A stretch of 53,949 nucleotides of DNA from an uncultured Gammaproteobacteria bacterium (GTDB taxonomy: Bacteria; Patescibacteriota; Patescibacteriia; UBA9934; GWF2-40-263), in NCBI GenBank assembly GCA_964355525.1, contig CAYHDY010000001.1, positions 1-53,949 on the forward strand, given 5' to 3'. Under the pieces are notes generated by a model, which saw only the letters and a program-made list of their open reading frames with translations, was not told where the DNA came from and made no database searches. The translations under genes were made by a program, and so were the position numbers. The stretch's first letter is position 1; each line of letters opens with the position of its first letter. Shown here in pieces: positions 32,401-40,663 of this stretch.

Positions 32401-32908
32401 CGAGGTTCTCGTGAAAGGGAACCGAATCGAATTGCAATTCCGTGTCGGGAAGAACAGTCCGTGGATGTACGGTGCGTTCAAGTCGATCGTTCGCACAACA
32501 CACGTCACGATTTTGCCGGAAGCGCTTGCAGAGAATCGCGAGATGATCCTCGGATTTCTCGCGGAACTCGACAACGTGAAGAAAGCACTCGAGACCGAAC
32601 TTGCGTGGGTGGAAACGCTCAAGCAAGGTGTGGCGAGCGGCGAAATCATTCGTCTGACGTTCAAAGCCAATGCTCGCACAGGACTCTCCTATGCCGAGTA
32701 CAACAAGGAAGAGATCAAAGCGCCCTCCGACGATCTCAGTCGGTATCCGGAAGATGGTCAGTCCTGGTGGTGTCATGTGATTCCGGGAAATGGTCCGACC
32801 AAAATCGCTCTTTGCCGCAAGGTGGGAACGACGACGATCGACATCGACCAAACGGTCGCGGACATCCTCGACCTCTTCCCGGATCTCCCACGCCAGCTCC
32901 TTCAGTAA
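29477..32908 (+). CDS. DEAH-box ATP-dependent helicase, HrpA-like, with an approximately 500-aa C-terminal extension
   Basis: Motif I AEPGTGKST, II VDEAHER, III SATID, V TNIAETSVTIDG, VI QRKGRAGR. HA2-like LGALTKTGKVTQDGAKMDRFHMDPMLGRM. AGGAG RBS. Confidence 0.8.
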   Translation: MKNGITVKNNRIFDEVGCDITDHVLLINSMLPEDKRHLPFVDSGVEFIRLVAENPVIIVSAEPGTGKSTMAPLALLRAGFGDRRRIAVTEPRRMAATLLSHWVSQLNDSALGDDVGYHIGKERELSDATRLVYMTEGVLLRQLQSDPMLMNYDVIVVDEAHERGLLQDLLLAFLKEILAKRSDLKVVITSATIDEEKFSMFFDGAPVLKIPGRMFPVDVYYAEVTPDDMNVAAVMQIDALLAAGERGDFLVFMPDQVSIQTVIRGLEKQLGNRAKDLRILPLYGTQTKEEQSEAFKRDGRQRIIVATNIAETSVTIDGVQCVIDSGLIKVSVRVDSSVSALQVVEHSRAGCDQRKGRAGRTQAGKCYRLYSQKDYENRDAFLLPEILRVSLDQTLLNLRCKGYPMENVIKLDLPDKPEKEQWVEAQSRLQLLGALTKTGKVTQDGAKMDRFHMDPMLGRMILEGIKHECLDETVIIAACLSVTRPIFVRPTAKAEEADASKLRFNKDSSDLIALFSAWEGWYKSDMDYRWAHDNFLSSRALTQVDRIRGDLLDYFFREGIEITRSQDMTAIRKAVASGLMINLARLQGEYNYFCNDRTTFIYPGSVMMKVVPPLAVCTKIVQSSREVDGKYGKKIITRSFMHGVHAIEESWLPELVPADACKVTYTIEKDYDTQQCNLVTTRTWNGVFIERKCSKTISETEMAHVNALIASQIANEYDQVSMHAPSLHVLWEKLVPENVRYAYGEERLTMTAPLREKFAAAIAKKTAGLSTIEQVFEVIGVMTVEDVLIGEELEIFKTMEIEKARQEAEKRARETERDATYRATMEAETEARRKRNEVYLQQEALRQAEQAPLRAELAELKVRERAFLAAGSYSKASDVEYKFSYGTTAEIQASLDSYRFHVERTERENESKFEMARKIYADVLEQVPVCPLCSGIWNDAFVCDGVHDLNRLIAKGTKSMRQLIEFRTNKDEQVAEVLVKGNRIELQFRVGKNSPWMYGAFKSIVRTTHVTILPEALAENREMILGFLAELDNVKKALETELAWVETLKQGVASGEIIRLTFKANARTGLSYAEYNKEEIKAPSDDLSRYPEDGQSWWCHVIPGNGPTKIALCRKVGTTTIDIDQTVADILDLFPDLPRQLLQ

Positions 32909-32915
32909 GTTTCTC

Positions 32916-32950
32916 AGCCCCGAGCGTCTTCCACGCCCGGGGCTTTTTCT
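32916..32950 (+). terminator. Intrinsic terminator of the helicase gene
   Basis: agccccg-agcgtcttccacgc-ccggggct followed by ttttc ttttt. Confidence 0.6.
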
Positions 32951-32960
32951 TTTTACGTGT

Positions 32961-33030
32961 TCCTCCCTCTCCCTTCGAGGGAGAGGGTCGGCCTGCCCTC
33001 CGAAGCCTAGGCGAAGGCGGGGGAGAGGGG
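32961..33030. repeat. Palindromic element family C, composite copy with a nested insertion
   Basis: tcctccctctccc-ttcga-gggagaggg-tcgg-[cctgccctccgaagcctaggcgaaggcgg]-gggagagggg. Confidence 0.65.
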
Positions 33031-33044
33031 TCTCGCCTGTTTCA

Positions 33045-33073
33045 TTGACGATTCACATAGATTCGCGTAGTTT
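33045..33073 (+). promoter_or_regulatory. Promoter TTGACG-17-TAGTTT
   Basis: TTGACG at 33045-33050 and TAGTTT at 33068-33073. GGAGG RBS before the ATG at 33112. Confidence 0.4.
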
Positions 33074-33111
33074 GTCGAAACATTCGCAATGCAGCGAATC
33101 GGAGGTCAGCA

Positions 33112-33978
33112 ATGTTGGTGATGGATTTCGATGGCAATGTGACGAGCGTGGATGAAGAAGCGGGACCGTACACGGAAGGGTGGTTGAAAGATCTCGCTGT
33201 GCTTCTCGGAGTTCCGATCGAGGTCGTACGGGAACGCGCCCGCGTGACGTACGAAGAAATCGCCAAAGATCCGGCGAAGTACGGCTGGCGGTTCGGCGGA
33301 GAAAACATGGCGCCGTCGACCGTGGATCCGTATCTGCGGGCGAATGCAATTGGACGGAAATTGCTCTGTGAAGATTCTGGTCTCATTTCGGATGCATTTT
33401 TCGATCGGTTGTCGCAGGTTCTTTACGCACACCACTACCAGAAAACGCTCGACGCACCGAAGCCGGGACTCGAAGCGTTTCTGACAAATTGCTTTGTGGA
33501 CAACATTCAAGTTCGTTTCGTGACGAATTCGGGCACGGATCCTGTCTGCAAGAAAATTCAACGCGTTTTGCACGGGCGACCGGGCATACAAGACTGGTGG
33601 AATGCTCGTGTGATTGGGAATGCTCGAAAGTATGATCCGAATGGCAATGATGAGGGTGTTCTGTGGCCATTCATCCGACCCGCACGGACTCGTTTCGATG
33701 ATTTTCCCCGAGATACTGTGCTCAAGCGCCCGCACTACCTCAAGATTTTGAATGATCTGCAAGTTAACTGGGCGCGGAAACATTGCTTGGTCGTCGGCGA
33801 CATCTTCGAACTCGACCTTGCCTTGCCGCTCTGGCTCGGCTGTCACATCGGCCTCATGGTGAACGAACACACACCCGCATGGGAAATCAAGTTCGTTACC
33901 GAACATCCTCGCGGCCGCATCCTCCACTCAGTCGACGAAGTCCTCCCGTACTACGAGCAGGTTCAGACCCAAACTTGA
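33112..33978 (+). CDS. HAD-superfamily hydrolase-like protein
   Basis: Motif I MDFDGNVT (DxDxT/V), motif II VTNSG, motif IV VVGDIFELD. Confidence 0.55.
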   Translation: MLVMDFDGNVTSVDEEAGPYTEGWLKDLAVLLGVPIEVVRERARVTYEEIAKDPAKYGWRFGGENMAPSTVDPYLRANAIGRKLLCEDSGLISDAFFDRLSQVLYAHHYQKTLDAPKPGLEAFLTNCFVDNIQVRFVTNSGTDPVCKKIQRVLHGRPGIQDWWNARVIGNARKYDPNGNDEGVLWPFIRPARTRFDDFPRDTVLKRPHYLKILNDLQVNWARKHCLVVGDIFELDLALPLWLGCHIGLMVNEHTPAWEIKFVTEHPRGRILHSVDEVLPYYEQVQTQT

Positions 33979-33984
33979 TCCTTG

Positions 33985-34009
33985 CCGCCTTTCTGAAAGG
34001 CGGTTTTTC
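33985..34009 (+). terminator. Intrinsic terminator
   Basis: ccgccttt-ctg-aaaggcgg followed by ttttt. Confidence 0.65.
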
Positions 34010-34024
34010 TTTTCCCCCGATTTC

Positions 34025-34053
34025 TTGACGCTTTTCCCCTCACATGTTATCTT
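34025..34053 (+). promoter_or_regulatory. Promoter TTGACG-17-TATCTT for the str operon
   Basis: TTGACG at 34025-34030 and TATCTT at 34048-34053. Confidence 0.45.
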
Positions 34054-34164
34054 TTTGTCACATAAAACGCTGCTCGCACAAGTCAAAAGAGGACCCGACG
34101 AAATCAAGCGTTTTTTATTTTACCCCTAACTACGAACTGCTAACTTCGAACTACTTCGATTCTT

Positions 34165-34593
34165 ATGCCAACGATCAATCAATTGATTCGCAAACCGCGA
34201 ACAACCAAGAAAGCAAAATCAAAGTCACCTGCCATGCAGTTCACTTTGGATTCTCTTCATCGCAAAAAAACCATCTTCCGAAAAGGAAGTCCGTTTAAAC
34301 GCGGCGTGTGTGTAAAAGTTGCAACCATGACCCCAAAGAAACCGAACTCTGCTATTCGTAAGATTGCTCGTGTTCGTCTTTCAAATGGAATGGAAGTCAA
34401 CGCATACATCTGTGGAGAAGGACACAACTTGCAAGAGCACTCAATCGTCATGATCCGCGGTGGTCGTGTGAAAGATCTTCCGGGTGTGCGTTATCACATC
34501 GTTCGCGGTGTGTACGATACACAAGGAGTTTCCGGCCGCATGCAAAGTCGTTCAAAGTACGGAGCGAAGCGTCCAAAGGCAAAGAAAAAATAA
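34165..34593 (+). CDS. rpsL: 30S ribosomal protein S12
   Basis: [22 protein letters not shown] and [17 protein letters not shown]. Confidence 0.97.
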   Translation: MPTINQLIRKPRTTKKAKSKSPAMQFTLDSLHRKKTIFRKGSPFKRGVCVKVATMTPKKPNSAIRKIARVRLSNGMEVNAYICGEGHNLQEHSIVMIRGGRVKDLPGVRYHIVRGVYDTQGVSGRMQSRSKYGAKRPKAKKK

Positions 34594-34719
34594 AGATCAA
34601 CAGAAATAACCCGCGTGTAAAAACGTCGGTTCTTTCTTTTATCGAAACATCTTATTTATGAGCGGAGTACCTCGTGTTATCGCGGGGGAAGAAAATCCGT
34701 TCGATAACGTCATAACACT

Positions 34720-35187
34720 ATGCGCGGAAAAAAAGCGGTTAAACGAGAAATTACCCCAGACCCAAAGTTCGCAAGTGCAACGGTTGCAAAATTCATCAAC
34801 TACATCATGTTGAACGGAAAGAAAACGGTTGCGCAAGGAATTGTGTACGATGCGTTTGAATTGATGAACAAAAAAACAAAAGAAGATCCAATGGAAACAT
34901 TTGAAAAAGCATTGAAGAACGTCATGCCTTCTTTGGAAGTGAAGAGTAAACGCGTCGGAGGAGCCAACTATCAAGTTCCAATGCCAGTTCGTGGCGATCG
35001 CCGTTACGTTTTGACATTTCGTTGGATTATCAATGCGGCTCGATCAAAAAAGGGTCGTCGTATGGCGGAAAAATTGTCGGATGAATTATGTGCAGCGGCA
35101 ATCGGAGAAGGGGATGCGGTGAAAAAGAAATTGGATGTTCAACGCATGGCCGAGGCAAACCGTGCATTTGCTCACTTCGCAAAGTAG
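34720..35187 (+). CDS. rpsG: 30S ribosomal protein S7
   Basis: PDPKFASATVAKFINYIMLNGKK and GGANYQVPMPV. Confidence 0.95.
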   Translation: MRGKKAVKREITPDPKFASATVAKFINYIMLNGKKTVAQGIVYDAFELMNKKTKEDPMETFEKALKNVMPSLEVKSKRVGGANYQVPMPVRGDRRYVLTFRWIINAARSKKGRRMAEKLSDELCAAAIGEGDAVKKKLDVQRMAEANRAFAHFAK

Positions 35188-35217
35188 TTCTTTTCACTCT
35201 TTACCCATTTACATTTT

Positions 35218-37320
35218 ATGTCCCGAGAATACCCAATAGAAAAAATTCGTAACTTTGGAATTTTTGCCCACATCGATGCGGGAAAAACAACGGTGTCCGA
35301 GCGTGTGCTTTTTTACACGGGAAAGAAACACAAGATTGGTGAAGTGCACGAGGGTGCGGCAACCATGGACTGGATGGAACAAGAAAAGGAACGCGGAATC
35401 ACCATCACAGCCGCAGCGACAACCTGTTTTTGGAAAGATCACCAAATGAACTTGATCGATACTCCGGGTCACATCGACTTTACCGTTGAGGTAAAGCGTT
35501 CGATGCGTGTGCTTGATGGAGGAGTCGCCGTGTTCGATGGTGTTGCGGGAGTGGAACCACAGTCTGAAACCAACTGGCGTTATGCGGATGACTTTAAAGT
35601 TCCTCGCATCGTATTTATCAACAAATTAGATCGAACGGGTGCAGATTTTTATAAAGATCTTCTTTCGATTCACACACGTCTCACAAAAAAGGCTTACTGT
35701 ATTCAATTGCCAATCGGAACAGAAGGTGGATTCAACGGAATCATCGATCTTTTGCGCATGAAAGCTTTCATGTATCGAGATGATCTTGGACGTGATGTCG
35801 AAGAAATCGAAATTCCTGAAGAGTATAAAGCAAAAGCAAACGAGTATCACCTCAAAATGATTGAAGCGATCTGTGAGAACGATGAAAAATTGATGGAGAA
35901 ATATCTCGGCGGAGAAGAGCCAAGCATTGAGGAATTGAAACCAGTTATTCGTCGCGCAACGATCTCGAACGATTTTATTCCGGTGATGTGCGGTTCCGCG
36001 CTCAAAAATAAAGGTGTTCAATTATTGCTCGACGCGATCGTTGATTTTCTTCCAAGCCCAGTCGAGATGCCTCACATTACAGGAATGGATCCAGATGATC
36101 ACGATAAAGTTCTTGAGCGTGAAGCTTCTGATGAGGCTCCGTTCGCAGCACTTGCATTTAAGATCGCGGCGGATCCGTTCGTTGGAAAGCTCGCCTTCTT
36201 TCGTGTGTATTCCGGAACGGTGAAAGCAGGATCTTACATTTTGAACTCTTCTACCGGTGGAAAAGAACGTGTCAGCCGCATCGTGCGTTTGCATGCAAAC
36301 ATCCGTGAAGAAATTCAAGAAGTTCATGCAGGAGAAATCGCGGCGATGGTTGGACTCAAAGAAACATTTACCGGTCACACACTTTGTGATCCTGAAAACC
36401 CAATCATTCTTGAATCCATTGTCTTCCCAGAACCGGTTATCTCGATCGCGATCGAACCAAAGACAAAAGTGGATCAAGAAAAAATGGGTGTTGCTTTGCA
36501 AAAACTTGCAGAAGAAGATCCAACCTTCCGTGTGCGCACGGATGAAGAAACAAACCAAATTATTATTTCCGGAATGGGAGAACTTCACCTCGACATTATC
36601 GTCGATCGTATGAAACGCGAGTTCTCTGTGGAATGTAATGTTGGAACACCACAAGTTTCTTACCGTGAAACAATCAAAGCCCAAACAGCAGACGGAGAAG
36701 GAAAGTACATCCGTCAAACAGGTGGAAAAGGTCAGTATGGTCACTGTGTCCTTACGATCGAAAAACTTCCTCCTGGAACCGGTGTCGAATTTGAAGAAAA
36801 AGTTAAAGGTGGAACCGTTCCAAAAGAATATTTCAACCCAATCGAAAAAGGATGTCGCGAAGCCGCAGAACGCGGAGTCCTCGCAGGATATCCATTGCTC
36901 GATGTTAAAATTACTCTTACAGACGGAAGCTATCATGAAGTCGACTCCTCTGAAGCGGCATTTAAAATCGCCGGTTCGATGGCCTTCCAAGATGCGGCAA
37001 AGAAAGCCGGACTTGAATTGCTTGAGCCTGTCATGAAAGTAGAATCTGTAACACCAGAAGAATTTATGGGATCCGTGGTTGGAGACTTGAACGCAAAACG
37101 CGGACAAATCCAAAGCATGGAAGACCGTTCCGGTGCAAAGGTTATTACCGCATACGTTCCGCTCGCCGAAATGTTCGGCTACGCAACAACATTGCGTTCG
37201 ATGACCCAAGGTCGCGCAAGTTACTCCATGGAATTCATTCATTACGATGCGGTTCCAAGTAACGTCGCAAAAGAAATCATTGAAAAACGCGGAGGTCAAA
37301 CACGTCGCGTGGGGGCTTAA
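35218..37320 (+). CDS. fusA: Elongation factor G
   Basis: [24 protein letters not shown] and NKLDR. Size 700 aa. Confidence 0.97.
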   Translation: MSREYPIEKIRNFGIFAHIDAGKTTVSERVLFYTGKKHKIGEVHEGAATMDWMEQEKERGITITAAATTCFWKDHQMNLIDTPGHIDFTVEVKRSMRVLDGGVAVFDGVAGVEPQSETNWRYADDFKVPRIVFINKLDRTGADFYKDLLSIHTRLTKKAYCIQLPIGTEGGFNGIIDLLRMKAFMYRDDLGRDVEEIEIPEEYKAKANEYHLKMIEAICENDEKLMEKYLGGEEPSIEELKPVIRRATISNDFIPVMCGSALKNKGVQLLLDAIVDFLPSPVEMPHITGMDPDDHDKVLEREASDEAPFAALAFKIAADPFVGKLAFFRVYSGTVKAGSYILNSSTGGKERVSRIVRLHANIREEIQEVHAGEIAAMVGLKETFTGHTLCDPENPIILESIVFPEPVISIAIEPKTKVDQEKMGVALQKLAEEDPTFRVRTDEETNQIIISGMGELHLDIIVDRMKREFSVECNVGTPQVSYRETIKAQTADGEGKYIRQTGGKGQYGHCVLTIEKLPPGTGVEFEEKVKGGTVPKEYFNPIEKGCREAAERGVLAGYPLLDVKITLTDGSYHEVDSSEAAFKIAGSMAFQDAAKKAGLELLEPVMKVESVTPEEFMGSVVGDLNAKRGQIQSMEDRSGAKVITAYVPLAEMFGYATTLRSMTQGRASYSMEFIHYDAVPSNVAKEIIEKRGGQTRRVGA

Positions 37321-37336
37321 GCGAATTGAAAAGAAA

Positions 37337-37366
37337 AATCACTGGCACTGTGCCGGTGATTTTTTG
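37337..37366 (+). terminator. Intrinsic terminator after fusA
   Basis: aatcactggca-ctg-tgccggtgatt followed by ttttt. Confidence 0.65.
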
Positions 37367-37377
37367 TTGCGTCATTA

Positions 37378-37406
37378 TTGACAACAACCCCGTTTTTGTT
37401 TAGAGT
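37378..37406 (+). promoter_or_regulatory. Promoter TTGACA-17-TAGAGT
   Basis: TTGACA at 37378-37383 and TAGAGT at 37401-37406. It lies inside the long ORF prediction, so the start moves to the ATG at 37465. Confidence 0.45.
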
Positions 37407-37464
37407 CTTTTCTTGCCATGAAGGGGTCTTGGCAAAGAACGTTCATTTTATTGCGGGGGTCACG

Positions 37465-38457
37465 ATGAAAAGTACATCCATTCGAACCATCGAGCGTCAG
37501 GCTCAAGTGAGTGTTCGGAAACAGATCTGGGTGAGTCGACGAAGTGAATTACGAAAGGCTGTTCGAGGTGCCATTGATGAATCCGTAGCATCATTTGCTC
37601 CTCTTGGTATCATTGGTTTTTTGGTTATGGGCTTCATTCGTTGGTTGGCTTGGTCGGAGGAATTCAATTCTGCGAAATGGCCGCCCCAACATCTTCTGCC
37701 TGTTCCGAATTGGTTTGTCTATACCAGTTACGGTTTCATAGGACTCTACGTGTTACTCGTTTCTACGCATCTTGTGAAATTTGTTTTCCGAAGCTACAAG
37801 AAGGCAATGGCAACTTCTTTGAAAAGCTTCAACATGGAACCAAGTCATATCATCCCAAAGTTTTTGGAAGAACAACTTCTGGCAGTCGAAGCGGAGTATC
37901 TTGGAGATGTATCTGTGTTCGCGATCGATAAACAATTTGTTCTAGATGAGTTGAGGGGTTCACGTGTTTTGTCCGAACGCATCCGCTTTCACAGAATACA
38001 TCAGTACGGTCTTAAGCCGGGGCAAGGTCCTGATTATCTGACTGAAGCACAGGAAATGCTCGATGCATCTATCCAGAAATTGGAATTGATGCGGGCAGAA
38101 TCTGAAGGATTTGAAGCACGTGTCCGCGCGAGCTTGTGTGAATGTCGTACGTACGTTGAAAAACTCCTTCCGTCGCTCAAGGATATTGAGTTGATTCGGG
38201 AAGTTCACGCTCGTGTCAAACGAGCGAATGCTCTCGAGAGTGTCATCTACACCCATCTTGATCAGTCGATTGCGAACTTTGGACAATCTCTTGCGAACTT
38301 ACATGCGGAAGTGGCGGCACATCAAAACGCACGAGCACTCACCGTTGTCCGTCTTGCGGATTCAGGAAACGTGTTGCGAGATTTGGGAATGATTGATTCG
38401 ACATTCAGTGTCGTGGCAAATCAACAGGTGGTACTTGAACAAACCAAGCAGTCTTGA
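37465..38457 (+). CDS. Hypothetical membrane protein: two TM helices plus a long coiled-coil (330 aa)
   Basis: TM segments FAPLGIIGFLVMGFIRWLAW and FVYTSYGFIGLYVLLVSTHLV. Helical C-terminal half. No family recognised. Confidence 0.55.
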   Translation: MKSTSIRTIERQAQVSVRKQIWVSRRSELRKAVRGAIDESVASFAPLGIIGFLVMGFIRWLAWSEEFNSAKWPPQHLLPVPNWFVYTSYGFIGLYVLLVSTHLVKFVFRSYKKAMATSLKSFNMEPSHIIPKFLEEQLLAVEAEYLGDVSVFAIDKQFVLDELRGSRVLSERIRFHRIHQYGLKPGQGPDYLTEAQEMLDASIQKLELMRAESEGFEARVRASLCECRTYVEKLLPSLKDIELIREVHARVKRANALESVIYTHLDQSIANFGQSLANLHAEVAAHQNARALTVVRLADSGNVLRDLGMIDSTFSVVANQQVVLEQTKQS

Positions 38458-38484
38458 GTCGAAATTTCTTCGACTCTTTTTTTA
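38456..38484. terminator. Intrinsic terminator between convergent genes
   Basis: gagtcgaa-atttc-ttcgactc followed by ttttttt on the plus strand. Confidence 0.6.
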
Positions 38485-39027
38485 TTAAGTTTTGATATAT
38501 AATCGCGTATTTTCAATCGTTTTTTCTGGTTTCCAATTTGGAAACTTAAATCCATGTGCAACGACGCGAGTGCCAACCGGAAGTTCTTCAAGAAGTTTTT
38601 TCTCGAGGTGTTTCATGGCGTAAGAAATTTGATAGAGCGTCACAATGGTTGCGTTTGAAACATCTGCGTGCCAAAATGATTTGTGATGAATGTGAATTTT
38701 ATTTTCGAGATGAGCGTTTCGAGCGAGTCGTCGCGACAATCGAACGAGTCCGGGATGAATTTCAAAACCAATCGCTTCATGTGCACCTGCTTGTACGGCT
38801 GCGATAAGTAATCTTCCATCGCCGGAACCAAGATCTATCATTCTATCTTTCGGTTTGATCGAGGCAAGTTCCATGACGGTTTTGATATGATGTTTTGGGA
38901 TTGGGACATAGGGGCCGCCTCCTGCAAAAAATGAAAGAAGGATGTGCGCCACCCACCATAGTAACCATACGTTGATAACAATAAGTGTGGCGGCAACAAT
39001 CAACAAGAAAAAGATAGCGTATTCCAT
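38485..39027 (-). CDS. Class I SAM-dependent methyltransferase with an N-terminal membrane anchor
   Basis: TM helix, then PYVP and the SAM motif I MIDLGSGDGRLL. Confidence 0.65.
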   Translation of the reverse strand: MEYAIFFLLIVAATLIVINVWLLWWVAHILLSFFAGGGPYVPIPKHHIKTVMELASIKPKDRMIDLGSGDGRLLIAAVQAGAHEAIGFEIHPGLVRLSRRLARNAHLENKIHIHHKSFWHADVSNATIVTLYQISYAMKHLEKKLLEELPVGTRVVAHGFKFPNWKPEKTIENTRLYIKT

Positions 39028-39033
39028 ATTATT

Positions 39034-40086
39034 ATGAAAAAAGATTTGATTCCAAAAAAAGTTTTAGCAGCATTTGGTTTATCTTCACCACGATCTGTAA
39101 TCATGATTGCATCCGGTTTGATTCACCAAACGTATTGTGTTGATTCGGGCAAAGATAAGTATATCATCCAGCGATTACATCCCGTCCTTGCAAGCGAGGA
39201 AATCGCGGAGGATTTTCTTGCGGTGACAAAATTTTTACACGAACAAAAATTTTTAGCGCCACAGTGCGTTCTGTCAAAAAATGGGAGCGTGTTGGTGCAT
39301 ATTAATGATTTTTCTTGGCGTGCGCAAACATTTATCGCGGGGAAAACGGTTCATCGATTGAAAAATGTGGCGATGGCAAAAGAAGCAGGAATGATTTATG
39401 CGCAATTTCATAAAACGCTTGCAGTGATTCCATATCAATTCAAATCAAAAAAAGTTTTGCACGATACGGAAAAAATTTTTGACACATTTCGAAAAACAGT
39501 TGATTCATACCGTGATTCTGAATTAATGACGGAGGTTCATTCGGAAGTTGAATTTCTTTTAAAACAGACGCCAAAGTATTTTTTACCAAAGTCACTGCCT
39601 CTCCGTGTGATTCACGGTGATCCGAAAATATCGAACATTCTTTTTTCCGCCAGAGGCGGATCCGCCTCTGGCGGAGATCGAAATGGAAAAGCGAAAGCGA
39701 TTGTTGATCTCGATACATGCAATCGACGTCCACTTCTTGTTGAACTCGGCGATGCATTTCGGTCGTGGTGTGGAGGTGTTGAGGACGATTCAAAAAATAC
39801 ATTTTCGATTCCATTATTTCGTGCTGCATGGAAAGGGTATGAATCGATTGCGAAATCATTGATAACAAAAAAAGAAAAACAACAGGTTCCGAAAAGTATC
39901 GGAACGATTACGCTTGAACTCGCATGTCGATTTATGACAGATTATTTTGCGGATACATATTTCGGTTGGGATTCAACAAGATATTCATCGCGTCGTTTGC
40001 AGAATCTTGCGCGTGTACGAGGACAGATTGCGGAGTTCAAAGATTATCAAAAAAAACAGAAGGAGATCCAAAAGATTGTTTCTTGA
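39034..40086 (+). CDS. Phosphotransferase (APH/choline-kinase family) protein carrying the family B palindrome
   Basis: Catalytic loop VIHGDPKISNILF and metal loop AIVDLDT. Confidence 0.65.
   Translation: MKKDLIPKKVLAAFGLSSPRSVIMIASGLIHQTYCVDSGKDKYIIQRLHPVLASEEIAEDFLAVTKFLHEQKFLAPQCVLSKNGSVLVHINDFSWRAQTFIAGKTVHRLKNVAMAKEAGMIYAQFHKTLAVIPYQFKSKKVLHDTEKIFDTFRKTVDSYRDSELMTEVHSEVEFLLKQTPKYFLPKSLPLRVIHGDPKISNILFSARGGSASGGDRNGKAKAIVDLDTCNRRPLLVELGDAFRSWCGGVEDDSKNTFSIPLFRAAWKGYESIAKSLITKKEKQQVPKSIGTITLELACRFMTDYFADTYFGWDSTRYSSRRLQNLARVRGQIAEFKDYQKKQKEIQKIVS
39646..39675. repeat. Palindromic element family B: identical 30-nt perfect palindrome inside the kinase gene
   Basis: tccgccagaggcggatccgcctctggcgga, 30/30 identical to 14581-14610. 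Same reading frame (SARGGSASGG). Confidence 0.9.
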
Positions 40087-40110
40087 CATGAGTCCAAAAT
40101 CCGCTAAAAT
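40083..40110 (+). promoter_or_regulatory. Promoter TTGACA-16-TAAAAT placing the TSS within about 3 nt of the ATG at 40120
   Basis: TTGACA at 40083-40088 overlaps the kinase stop codon. TAAAAT at 40105-40110. Confidence 0.45.
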
Positions 40111-40119
40111 GCCAGCACT

Positions 40120-40620
40120 ATGATCGATCAGATGAAACGTATTTTGAAACTGGTTCGTCGCACAGGCGATACCATGGTTGTCACAGATCCAAATGGAGAG
40201 GATGTTTATGTTGTCATGAATCTGGATCAGTACGAAAATCTGCTTGGTCTTAATGAATTATCTTCGGAACAGGAAGAATCAGACAGGTTCAATGAAAAAA
40301 ATGAGGACTTTTCATGGATGGAATCTGAAATTTCAAATAAATCAGAGATATCCACAGATTCTGCACCGGACATTTGGGAAACAATGAAACCAGCTGGAGA
40401 AGTGGGGGAAACATGGGATACTTCAATCATGTCTGAGGAAGAACTGGCTAATCTGGAACGACAATACAAAGAATTCGCAGAAAAATCGATTTCAGACGTA
40501 ATTTCAAGTGCTCCAGATTCAAACATTGATCAAAAGCCGGAAGAACCAAAAATACCAGAAATAAAGGCAAATGATGATGATTTTGGAGAGGAACAGTTTT
40601 ATCTCGAGCCAATCGACTAA
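40120..40620 (+). CDS. Acidic protein with a Phd/YefM-antitoxin-like N-terminal segment (166 aa)
   Basis: TMVVTDPNGEDVYVVMNLDQYENLL resembles the Phd/YefM core. The remainder is a highly acidic, probably disordered tail. Confidence 0.45.
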   Translation: MIDQMKRILKLVRRTGDTMVVTDPNGEDVYVVMNLDQYENLLGLNELSSEQEESDRFNEKNEDFSWMESEISNKSEISTDSAPDIWETMKPAGEVGETWDTSIMSEEELANLERQYKEFAEKSISDVISSAPDSNIDQKPEEPKIPEIKANDDDFGEEQFYLEPID

Positions 40621-40634
40621 CGACGAACGAACAC

Positions 40635-40663
40635 TTGCGTAATTTCAAGGGGTTTGCTATACT
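40635..40663 (+). promoter_or_regulatory. Promoter TTGCGT-17-TATACT (TGc extended -10) for tuf
   Basis: TTGCGT at 40635-40640 and TATACT at 40658-40663. Confidence 0.45.

Noticed and set aside
31343-32851. A 502-aa ORF antisense to the helicase C-terminal region.
   Set aside because: Its composition is R/F/H/L-rich, typical of the complement of E/K/A-rich coding sequence. It has no RBS or promoter. The sense strand carries an uninterrupted gene that begins with unmistakable DEAH motifs. I treat it as a shadow ORF.
36022-37299. A 425-aa ORF antisense to fusA.
   Set aside because: The sense strand is a textbook EF-G. The antisense product is Phe/Cys/His-rich nonsense with no recognisable motifs.
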